Origin: Balamuthia mandrillaris | Lineage: Eukaryota | DNA: 64,000 bases | Direction of reading: 5' to 3' | NCBI GenBank assembly: GCA_031835245.2 | Contig: JAVKOQ020000109.1 | Coordinates: 62,001 to 126,000 of the forward strand | Shown: positions 37,261 through 51,404 of the stretch, piece by piece | Layout of the letters: every line of letters starts with the position of its first letter | How positions within the stretch are numbered: position 1 is the first letter of the stretch | Notes under the pieces: model-generated | Databases searched by the model: none | What the model was told of the DNA's origin: nothing | The model's input: the letters and a program-made list of their open reading frames with translations, nothing else | Translations under genes and position numbers: made by a program

Positions 37261-39780
37261 GAGGTGTACAATATCAAGGTTTCCAAGCGAAGCAGCCATA
37301 TGCAAAGCAGTAGGGGCCGTTTCATCAAAATTGGTAACATTAACGTCAACTCGTTGCAAAGAAGCGAAACGTTGCACCAATTCGGCAGAGCCCACCAGCA
37401 CCGCAAGATGGAGTGCTGTGTTTCCTTCGTAGTCCTGGAGATTCACATCCACCTGGCCTACAACTTCTTCACTTTCGCCTCCATCTAAACGATGATCATC
37501 ACTAAACGCCAACAATGCATTTACGATATCATCGTCTTGATTCAACGTAGCCCAATGAAGAGCGGTTCTGCCGTGAACGTTGTCTGCTCGATTCAGGTCG
37601 AGAAGATGGCCTGCTTTTGTTAAGGTTGCTTGAACCACAGGCAGACTTCTACTATTGACAGCGGCAATTAACAAGTTTTCTCCTTTTCCGTTTGGCCAGT
37701 TGAGAATCGTCGAAGCATTGGTTCGTTCTTCTCTTCTTCTTCCTCCGTCTTCTTCTTTTCCCTCTGGAGCAACAAACAGATGGTCATCCAACATACGATC
37801 AAGCACTTCAACTCTTCGTTTCTTGACAAGTTGGAACAGCTTGAAGCTGACTTCACGACAGTGCATCAATGTTCTTTCCACTTCAGTGAGTTGGAGCAAC
37901 CTCGCCATGCGTTCCTTCTGTCGCTGCTTCTTTCTTCTTCTTTCCATTTGCTTCTGTGCAGACTTGGTGTCATGTTGCAGTTGTTGCATGTTCGATCTGG
38001 CTTCTTTGCCCCACAGCAGAGTGAGTTTTCCATCCTCTTCGATTTCTATCTCCACACTGGTGCTCCAAGGTCCGTTGCCTACTGTTGGATTTGTGGCACG
38101 GACACGGAAGGAATACTGTTTGCCGCGTTGCAAATCTGATATGATCCAGCTGGATGCTTTGCCGGAGTATACCTCTTTGAAGCTATCGCTGATGTTTTCG
38201 TTTACTTCCAGTTGATAATCTGAAAATTGAATGAGATAAAAGAGACGAGAAAGAAGCAAGAGTAAAGAATTAACATAAAAATTAAAAAAAAATATATGAA
38301 AAGACAAATACCATAGTATGCTTCCCCAGAGAGTTGCTTCCATTGTATTTCAGCCATTACGCCGGCAGGGCCTCTTCCCAGCGACCGAACCGTCGGCGTC
38401 TTCAACTGATGAGGTGCTCCGCTACCAATACGCAAGGCATCTGCCTTCGGATTTGCCATTGCGCTTGCATCTGCTACCATTCAGTTGAGTGAGGACACGA
38501 TCTTGAAAATAATGGCAGAAATAAAGCAAGAGGAAGTTACCAATGTCCGCGCTCTCTATCGGATGGCTGAGGCAATAGAGGTTGTGGTTAGCCACTTGAT
38601 TGTACTCTTTTCTGGATTTAGCGTTGCTGAGTAAGGAATAGGCCTTGCTCAACGTTTGAAACATAGCGACTGATGCCCCTTGTCCTAGCCGGTCAGGATG
38701 ATACCTCTAAACGCACGCACATTAGCAAAAGAAAGGAGACTAACATAGAAGAGCAAAGAATAAATACCAGAGCGGCAGCATAATACAAAGTTCTTATCTT
38801 GGAGTTAATCCTTTCATCCAGCTGTCGAGCCTCTTCCAAAGCAGCATTCTTACGTTGAATCATTTGCAGCAACAGCATCGAATGCATCATCTCATTATCA
38901 ACCAGCCGTAGCAAAGCCGCTTCCGCTTCGCTCTGTCCGTGTCCATGTCCTTCTTCTGCAAGGCTGAACGAGGGCGCTTGTTGCACCTTTTGCAGCATTT
39001 TGGCAGCGAGACGTTCATCCGCCTGTTGCGCTTTGTTGTTGTTTTTGCTGTTACTCTGCTTCTGCTTTTTCTTTCGTTCCTTTGCTATAGTTCTCTTCTC
39101 TCCTCCTTTGTTGTGGCGAAGGTTTCCACTTTTCTGTTTGCCTTTTCCTGCTTCATCTTCGTCGTCGTCTTCATGCCCTTCTTCCATGTCTTTGGAAAGA
39201 ATTCGCAGTCCCTTTTGCTCTCGCTCGAGCTTCTGTCTGCGTCGGCGGATGCGCTCTTCCTCCTCCAGCTCTTCCAACCTTTTGTCCAGTCGCACTAGGC
39301 TCTTATCCAACCTCTCCTTTCTCTCCCAAAGCTGCCTTTGTTTTCGTTTGTTGAGGTTCGACGATGGTGTGCTATCTTTCTCTTCGTCGACACTCGGAGA
39401 AGCAGATGAGGTAGCGAAAAGCTTTCTGTTGATCTCTTGACTTTCTTCCTCCTTGGCGAGACGTTTGAGCAAGAGGCCACGTTTGGCCTCGTGGTAGTAG
39501 ATCAACCCGCGGGCTTGTTTGATGTTCCATTTGAGCGCCTCCACTTGCTGTCTCTTCTGCGTTTCCTCCGCGATCAGCTTGAACAGTTCGTGACTCTGCT
39601 CTTTGGCACCTACACAACCATAACAGCCAAAAAAAAAATCAAATCAAAATCAAAATCAATCTCAATAACGAAAAGAAAGAAACGAGTGGAAAGAGGAGGA
39701 AAACAAAAAAGAAAAGAGGCAAAGGTGTACGTACCCAACACTTGGTACCAAAGCAACGGCTCTCCTGTGCTGTTATCCAT
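35803..39780 (-). CDS. Split J-domain + FN3 + ankyrin repeats + F-box + MYND zinc finger protein
   Basis: WYQVLG...KIRTLYYAAAL|RYHPDR...FQTLSKAYSLLSNAKSRKEYN; FN3 YSFRVRATN..GNGPWS; ANK GRTALHWA, GNTALHLA, GNTPLHHA; F-box LTSLPDELALK|IMGML; MYND CAVC..CSSC..YCSRQHQSEDW..H...C. Confidence 0.8.
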
Positions 39781-40412
39781 TCTTACACACTGCAGAAGCA
39801 ACACAAGGAAAGAAGCCAACGGAAGGGTTGCAAAGCGGCAGTGGTCTCTTGTTCATGCGCAGTTTTTTTCCTGAAAAGACTTTAGCTTCAGCTGCTTCCC
39901 ACCTAAAGTGTTCGTTTTTTGTTTAAATTTGTTTATTCTATATCTTTTAGAGAGGACAACGATTCTCTGAAGCCAGCTGCCAACGCACACACTCCGCTGG
40001 GGGGTGTGAGCCAACCGAGCTCGCGTACTTGTCCTCCTCTCCCCATTCAGTTTAGTATGGCTTGTCATGGCAGCGCGTAACCCCCTTGCGAAAAGTTTTA
40101 TCGGTTTTGGGTGGGGGGAAGCGAAAAGGTGAAGGGCGGTGGGGGTTGAACTCGCGCCGCACGCCCTGCTGTGTTTTTTTCCCGCCCAATAAAATCGTGC
40201 CTCGAGGAACGTGAAATCCACAGCGGCGGTTTGGCGTGTACCCCACGAATGGTCAACTTCCCTTCCCATCCCGATGATAGGAAACAAAGAGAGTGTGGGG
40301 GTAAAAGAACCCTTTTTTTTGTTTCTTCCAGTGTACAAAAAATTCTTTGTTGGTGCGCATAAATAATGTTTTATATTTACAAAGAGGGGGTTTGGTTTCG
40401 AAGTCTTGTGCC

Positions 40413-40718
40413 TCAGAGGTAAACAGCGTCGCCAGCTTCTCCGTTGATGAGCCATGTGCAACAACCTGCGATGTTGTCCATGCCGGGAGGCGGGTTCTTC
40501 TCGAGGTCGGGGACAAAGCCATCCCTTCCACCTGTCATGAAGAAAAACTGCTCCTCCTCTTCGGATAGGTCTCTTCCCTCAGGACGGGGCCTACGCTTCC
40601 GTGCCGGTTCTCTAGCGTCCTCGTTCCAGAGGGCAGGGTCCTCCTCGCCATCGGACCAGTCAGCAAAAGAGGTTGCAAAATGAGGGTCTTCGCCAATCAC
40701 TGTGTCGTAGTACTCCAT
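40413..40718 (-). CDS. Hypothetical 101-aa acidic protein
   Basis: ATG in A-rich context (AAAAACCATGG), GC-rich ORF flanked by AT-rich UTR-like sequence; no family recognised. Confidence 0.5.
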   Translation of the reverse strand: MEYYDTVIGEDPHFATSFADWSDGEEDPALWNEDAREPARKRRPRPEGRDLSEEEEQFFFMTGGRDGFVPDLEKNPPPGMDNIAGCCTWLINGEAGDAVYL

Positions 40719-41719
40719 GGTTTTTGTGACTCTTTGTGTGGGAGAGGTTTGTTTCTCTTCTTCTCTGTTGTGTTGTGTTGTGTTGTTTGTTGGAGAGCGT
40801 GGTGTAATGTAAGAAAAGCAAAGGAAAATAAACAAGAAAAAACACAGAATGTAAAAATACTCCTGTTTTGATAAAACCACCCACGATAGAAATTGCTCTT
40901 TTTAGGGTCTCACCCCATGATTGCTGTGTTTGGCCACTTTGGCCAAACAAAGGCAAACGCACAAGAAAGGGAACGGACTGGCCATCTTTGGACGTCGTTC
41001 AAATCCAGAACGCCAGCGTACCCCTCCAAGAAAAGTTGTAGCCTTCCGGAGAAGAACCCGACTGTCCTCCCTGTCCTTCATCCCTGCTCCCAAATGCCCC
41101 GCAGCAGGAGGAATTGTTCCGTTTTTATTGGGGGGTTGGTCAGGAACCAGGAACTCGATCGAAGGGGATTTTTTTTTTTGTTTTGCCGTGCCAAACGTGT
41201 CGGAGAAATAATGCGATGGATGCTTAAAACCTCCTGTCAAAAGGGACGAGCATCTGATTGATTCTTTGGTCAAATGCTCCGTTGAAATAACCCCCCCCCC
41301 CCCCGAACGGTGGCCGGCACGGGGAAGGCAAGGAGAGATCCCTGTCTCCTCGTTGTCACTTGTGTCATTCGCAACGCTTACGTTTTTTCTGCTTGCTGTC
41401 TCTCTCTCTTCTCTCCTCTCTCTTGTCGGAGGAATATTAATGTGGTGCAGGTTTTAACCTGCTTTTTCTCCAAAAAGAGAGGGCTGGCCAAGGCCTTCGA
41501 AGAAGAGAAGAATGAGTGACGCTGTGCTCTCATCGATCGGTGGATGATGAGAGCAACACGAGCGTGCAAACTGACGCACGTCCTTTTCCTTCTTTTGTGT
41601 AGACACGAGAAAGAGGATATGAGCCACCCTTCAAGGGTGATGATGTACGAGGTTGGTGAGTGCTGAGCATTAAGCATTATGTACCCCCACAGCAAGCAAA
41701 TAAAAACCGCACGAAGAAA

Positions 41720-43390
41720 ATGGCGGCGGAGCAGGGCGCGGCCTACTTCTCGTTGGAGGAGGTGAAAAAGCATAGCACCAAGGAGGACTGCTGGACCGTG
41801 GTCCATGGAAGGGTGTACGACATCATCACCCCCTACCTGCAAAAGCATCCAGGTTGGTCTCTCTCTTTTTTTTTTTTGCGCACTTGGGTGTGAAACAAAA
41901 CACAAACGTCGGCGGTCGATTGCTGTTAACGATGAAATCAATAAGGTGGTTTTAACCTTTTGTTCAAGAATGCTGGAGGTGACTCCACAGCTGACTTTGA
42001 AGGCATGTTTCACTCCCGTAAGGCTCGCCAAATATTAGAAGACCATTTCATCGGAGTTCTTGAGGTGCTCACTTCTCTCTTCTCTTCTCTTGTTTGAGTG
42101 TTATGTTAACGTGGTCTCATCTTGAAGGGAGGCGCAGCCAGAGCGAAACTGGGTCTCAACACTGGCTTTCTCTCTCCTCTCTCCATCAAAGGCAACATGC
42201 AAGCCTCCGTTGCAGCCCATAAAACTCGCGGCCAACAACGTCCTCCGCCTTCTTCTTCCACCTCTGCCACTTCTTTCAAAGCTCCTCAACTGAAACCAAA
42301 GACTGCTTCTCCTTCCAAAACACCAGCTATTCCAGTCGTGGTAGATTCTTCTTCCTCTTCCTCTAAGCATGAAAGCAAAGAAGCGGTCATGATGAGCTTA
42401 AATGAGTTTAGACCGTTTCGGCTGCAAAGCATACAACCACATACGCATGATACCTCCATCTTTCGCTTTGTCTCTGCGAGTGTCTCTGACTCGGCTGCTG
42501 CTGGTTCTCACAAGAACAAAAACGTGGTTTTGCGGTTACCTATCGGCAGCCATTTACAAGTGAGGTATTCTCTTCATTTTCCTGTCTTGCTTCTTTCTTC
42601 TTGCCTCTTTCCTCGTCAAGTTTTCGACTTAACAATCTATAAACAAAGGGCAAGACTACCTACAACTGCATCTCAAGAACAAACGCTGGAAGAAGTAACA
42701 ACAGCCTACACTCCCATTCTTCTATTAACCAACAGCGACGACGACCACGTTGATGAACGAACAGGAGTGGAAGTGGTAGACCTTTTAGTGAAACGCTACG
42801 AAGAAGGTCCTCAAGGTATGTCTCGTCACATCCACTCCCTTCGCCAAGGCGACTTGCTCCACATGAGAGGGCCGAACGGCTGCTCCTTTGCTGAGGAGTA
42901 CAGCGCCTCCTCTGCCTCCTGGAAGGATCTTGTCCTCATCGGCGGTGGCACCGGCATCACCCCAATGTTACAAGTGATGAGAGGGGTTCTTCACGCTGAA
43001 ACGAACAAGACGGAAAAGGGGGAAGAAGAAGCGGAAGCAGGTACTCGAGTGACGTTGATATGTTGTCATTCATCCGACAAAGACGTATTGTTAAGGAAAG
43101 AGCTGGAACGATGGGAGGAGACTTATTCGAAGAGGTTACGGATCTATTGGTTCATCAGCCGCTCAGCAGAAGAAAAGAAGCAGATGGGAGAAGGGGAAGA
43201 AGAACGTTGGTTCAACAGCCGTCTCACCGCTGCAGCTTTGCGGCGTTGTTTGCCGTCCTCTTTGCTATCGCCCGCTGAAGAAGGAAGGGCCTACAAAGTG
43301 TTGTATTGTGGACCGCCATCCTTCAACGAGGCGGTGGAGGGCATGCTCTCCGAGATTGGCATTCCTGAGGGCCGCTGTTGGCGATTTTAA
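41720..43390 (+). CDS. Cytochrome b5 + NADH-cytochrome b5 reductase fusion
   Basis: b5: EEVKKH..DCWTVVHGRVYD..HPG|GFN..AGGDSTADFEGMFHS. Reductase: LPIGSHL, AYTP, GMSRHI, GGGTGITPMLQ, YCGPPSF, C-terminal Phe. Confidence 0.88.
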
Positions 43391-43714
43391 AAGAGGGTCT
43401 ATTCGTTCTGTTTAGCAGTTCTGTTGAATATAAGATCAGAGGGAGGTGGGAGAGAAGGGAGAACGAGAGACCAGGGAGTGAGGAGGAAGAAAATGTAAGA
43501 GAGAACGAGGGAACAAGAGCGAAGAGAAAAGCGAAAGGCAGATAAAAGGGCACAAAGGGTGAAGCACTCTCAAATATTGCTATTCATAATAAAAAAAAAG
43601 ATAGAGAAGGGGGGAATAGAAGAGGAATCCTTGTTTTTTTGTTTTTCGTTGGAGAGTGGCAGTGTCTCTCACGAAGAAGGCGAGTCGGAGCTTGTGGGTG
43701 TTTGTTTTATTCTT

Positions 43715-44041
43715 TTAGTGCTTGCCGTGGTGGTCGTCACCGAGCTCCAAGCCGCATTTCTTTTTAGTAAGGTTGACAAAGTTTTGGTAGTAGGCAGAAC
43801 TCTCACGGTCAGCAGCTAATAGAAAATAGCGTGTTATTTTTAATGTCTTTTTAAAAAAACATTTAAAAGAGGGGAAACATCAACATCAATCAGAAAAATC
43901 AATCAAAAGAGAGAGGGAAGTACATCGTGAAAGCTTGAAGGCAATCAGTCCAGTAACACCCCATCCAACGAAGAAGGGCCACATGAAATCACCCCTGAGC
44001 CTGGTGACGAAGATGTCCTTGAGAATGTTTCCGGAAGACAT
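43715..44041 (-). CDS. Mitochondrial ATP synthase subunit i/j (Atp18 / plant 6 kDa subunit)-like, 72 aa, two exons
   Basis: Exons 44041-43924 and 43815-43715 give MSSGNILKDIFVTRLRGDFMWPFFVGWGVTGLIAFKLSRSADRESSAYYQNF...KH*. The WPFF.G..VTG....KL transmembrane motif matches my recollection of this family. Confidence 0.72.
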
Positions 44042-44229
44042 TGTGCACTAAGCCTCGGTCGGTTCCTTTGTTGTTGATCTCTTTGCTCGCAATACTTTTT
44101 TTTTGGTGCGCTCTCTGGTCTTTTTGTCGACAATTCCGGGTTCGACTCCACTTGCGGTAACCTTGGCGAAAGCTGGAAACGACAGAGAAAACACAAGCGC
44201 TTGATTAGGTGAAAAAAAAACGGGGGTGT

Positions 44230-44780
44230 TTTTTATTTGTTGAAATAATTCAAGTGTTGATGGGGATGGGACACATCCTGATCCAGCGGCATCACGCCAA
44301 GGGTAGTGGATATCTGCGGTCCTTGGTGGAAGGTAATGCAGTAGGCCACTGGACGGAGTTCACAATCAGAAAGACGGTGCGCACAGACCACGCCCCGCTG
44401 TCACGGCCTCACAGCACTGGGGAAATCACCGGTGGGATAACATAATTGGTACGGCGCGCTTGGCTAGTCCTGTAAGAAAAGGCGGAAAGAGTTAGTGAAA
44501 CGAACCAACTCTAAAAAAAAAAAAAAAAACAAAGAATATCAATGGACAGTTCAGCAAAGTGTTGTATCATAACCATTCCTCTTGCCGTTACGACAAGAGG
44601 AAAGATTGTTCAAGAGTTATAGTTTTAAAGAACATCACTACTGTCCAACAACAAGTGAAAGAGGAGAGAGAAGAAGAGGGAGAACACTTACATTTTGTTT
44701 TCATTTTTGATTTTCACACTTGCGAAACACTGGCGTTTGCTTCGGTGTGGACCTCTTGTGGTTTTTTCTCTCTCTTTTTA
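44230..44780 (-). ncRNA. Putative spliced non-coding snoRNA host transcript
   Basis: Donor GTAAGT at 44691, branch CACTAAC, acceptor TTACAG at 44470. Splicing gives only MKTK*. AATAAA near 44235. Ends are approximate. Confidence 0.55.
44543..44647 (-). ncRNA. Intronic box C/D snoRNA
   Basis: Perfect 8-bp terminal stem TGGACAGT/ACTGTCCA; C box GTGATGT (44638-44632); D box CTGA (44554-44551); D'-like TTGA; internal 12-bp hairpin; two guide-like antisense elements. Confidence 0.8.
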
Positions 44781-44977
44781 TTTTTAGGCTTTCAGTTTTT
44801 TGTAGACAAGTTAAACTCCGATTTTTTTGCGGACACTGGAAAAAGAACACACAGCAGGGTGGCCCTTCGTTCTTGTTTCGCTCGTTGTTCTTCTATGCTT
44901 CTGTTTGTTGCTTTCTTTCTTGTGGGCGAAGGGATTCGTTACAAATGTTGTTTTATTTCATCGTGTTTCGTTCACAT

Positions 44978-45460
44978 TTAAAAGAAAAATGCTCTCACAG
45001 TGGCGGCCGCCGAGTCGCTATCGCTGGGCTCCGCCTCATTGCTGTTGTAGTTGATGTCTCCGTCCCCTGCCTCTTCGCTGTAGTCTCCGTCATATCCGTC
45101 ATACCCATCCTCAGAATTTGCACTATCGTCTTCCATGTCCCCGTCCGCAATGGTTCCATCTTCATAGCCATCATTACCATCATTGTAGCCGTCATACCAG
45201 CCGTCCTCGCCACCATCTCCATATCCATCATAACCGTCATCATAGCCGTCACAACCTCCTCCGTAGTATCCATCGTCATAGCCATCATAACCTTCTCCAT
45301 CGTATCCTGCATCATAACCTCCGTCATAGCCGTCAGTGTCGTTGTAATCCGAATTGTCATACGCATCGTCATAGGATTCTCTCAAGTTGGCGGCATTGGT
45401 GGCGATGACGGCTGCCAACATCAGGACCAGCAGTGCAGACAAGGATTTAAATGAGTCCAT
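44978..45460 (-). CDS. Secreted Tyr/Asp/Gly-rich low-complexity protein
   Basis: Signal peptide MDSFKSLSALLVLMLAAVIATNA; YDG/YDD repeats; upstream TATAAAA and downstream AATAAA. Confidence 0.75.
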   Translation of the reverse strand: MDSFKSLSALLVLMLAAVIATNAANLRESYDDAYDNSDYNDTDGYDGGYDAGYDGEGYDGYDDGYYGGGCDGYDDGYDGYGDGGEDGWYDGYNDGNDGYEDGTIADGDMEDDSANSEDGYDGYDGDYSEEAGDGDINYNSNEAEPSDSDSAAATVRAFFF

Positions 45461-45539
45461 TGTTATTGCTTTTGTATGTTGGTTGCTTTTGGTTATTGAA
45501 TTGTTCAGTTGTGGTGAGTTTCGAGGAATGTAGTAGCTG

Positions 45540-45546
45540 TTTTATA
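45540..45546 (-). promoter_or_regulatory. TATA box (TATAAAA)
   Basis: Canonical TATAAAA about 80 bp upstream of the ATG at 45460. Confidence 0.45.
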
Positions 45547-46028
45547 AGTAGAATCAATTCCCAAATGAACTTATCTCTCTCAACGAAAAGTAGAAAGACA
45601 GTTGTGAGAAGGAACCATTTGGCCTGTTTTACCACAAGGAGAGATCGACCCCATGAAAGCCTGGAGAAAATCGGTAGAAGCTATTCGACGATGGGTGAAC
45701 ATCTCTAAAATGGCCAGCCTTTCTGCCCCGATGAAAAGGTTTTCGCCTGGGAATTTCAGGGTAACTACCACCGCTTCTTCATCTGCACTTTCCCTTTATG
45801 TTTTCGTTTTCAAAGAACCATCCACGCATGCTAGCCTAGAAACGTCGAATGTCCACCTGACACAGGAGGTGATCCAAACACGCGCCCCAAACACAGCGGA
45901 GAGCTGCTTCCCCAACAAAGCATGATCTAATCTTGATCGTTCATTAAGATCAAAGTCGATGTCCAGTAGTAATTCAAAGTAAATGTCCACAAAAAACAAA
46001 AACAAAAGAGAAAAAGACCTCTCCTCCT

Positions 46029-50591
<4,563 letters not shown>

Positions 50592-50741
50592 AACGAGAAA
50601 CAAAGAAATGGAAAACAATACTGCAGAAACAACAACAACAATATTTGAAGTTCTCTCTCTGCTTTCTTTTGTTTATACGAGGTGCAAGTCACTCACGGAG
50701 GATGGACGCATGTTTCAAAGTAAGAAGACGGCGAGAGAAAC

Positions 50742-50773
<32 letters not shown>

Positions 50774-50779
50774 AGAGAG

Positions 50780-50830
<51 letters not shown>

Positions 50831-51404
50831 AGATAGAAGCTTCGACGGAGAAAACTTTTTTTAGTCGTTTTAGGTAGGATTTTGTAATGCCTCAAGTAGT
50901 TCAGAAGCCCCACCGACTCGCAACTTCCATAGCTGACGTAAGCGTTTGCGTGAATCTCCCGCTCTGCCAGCCCACGTCACCTGGTGCATGTCACTTCGAA
51001 AAGGGCAAATTTGACTAGAGCAAAAGTCCAAATTTTTGTCCACTCTCCTGTCCCTGTAACCCTGTCTCACGTATCCGCCGAAATGAATAGAGAGGAAAGA
51101 AAAAGAAAGCGGGACCGTAAACCGACCCAATTATTAAAGCCAACCGCCGCCTGCTTTGTTTTCTTCTTTTTCTCTCCCTCAGCCGAGCAGCACGGAGAAG
51201 CGGCGAAGCGGGTAACGGTCACACACCTGTCCCTTTCTTTCGGTATCTTTCTCTCTCCGTTGGTTCGGTTTTAACCAACTTAATCTCAAGAAATCGTTCA
51301 ATCATAACAGCAGATTTTTATTTTTTTTTCTTTTGATCATCAGCTCTCATAACGATCAACAACAAAAAAAACCTTCCAGCGAGCGGTACAAAAAAAAAAC
51401 AGAG

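Noticed and set aside
44139..44149. GGTTCGACTCC, a perfect Pol III B-box / tRNA T-loop match
   Set aside because: The flanks cannot form a T-stem or acceptor stem and no cloverleaf is present, so it is not a tRNA. At most an isolated TFIIIC site.
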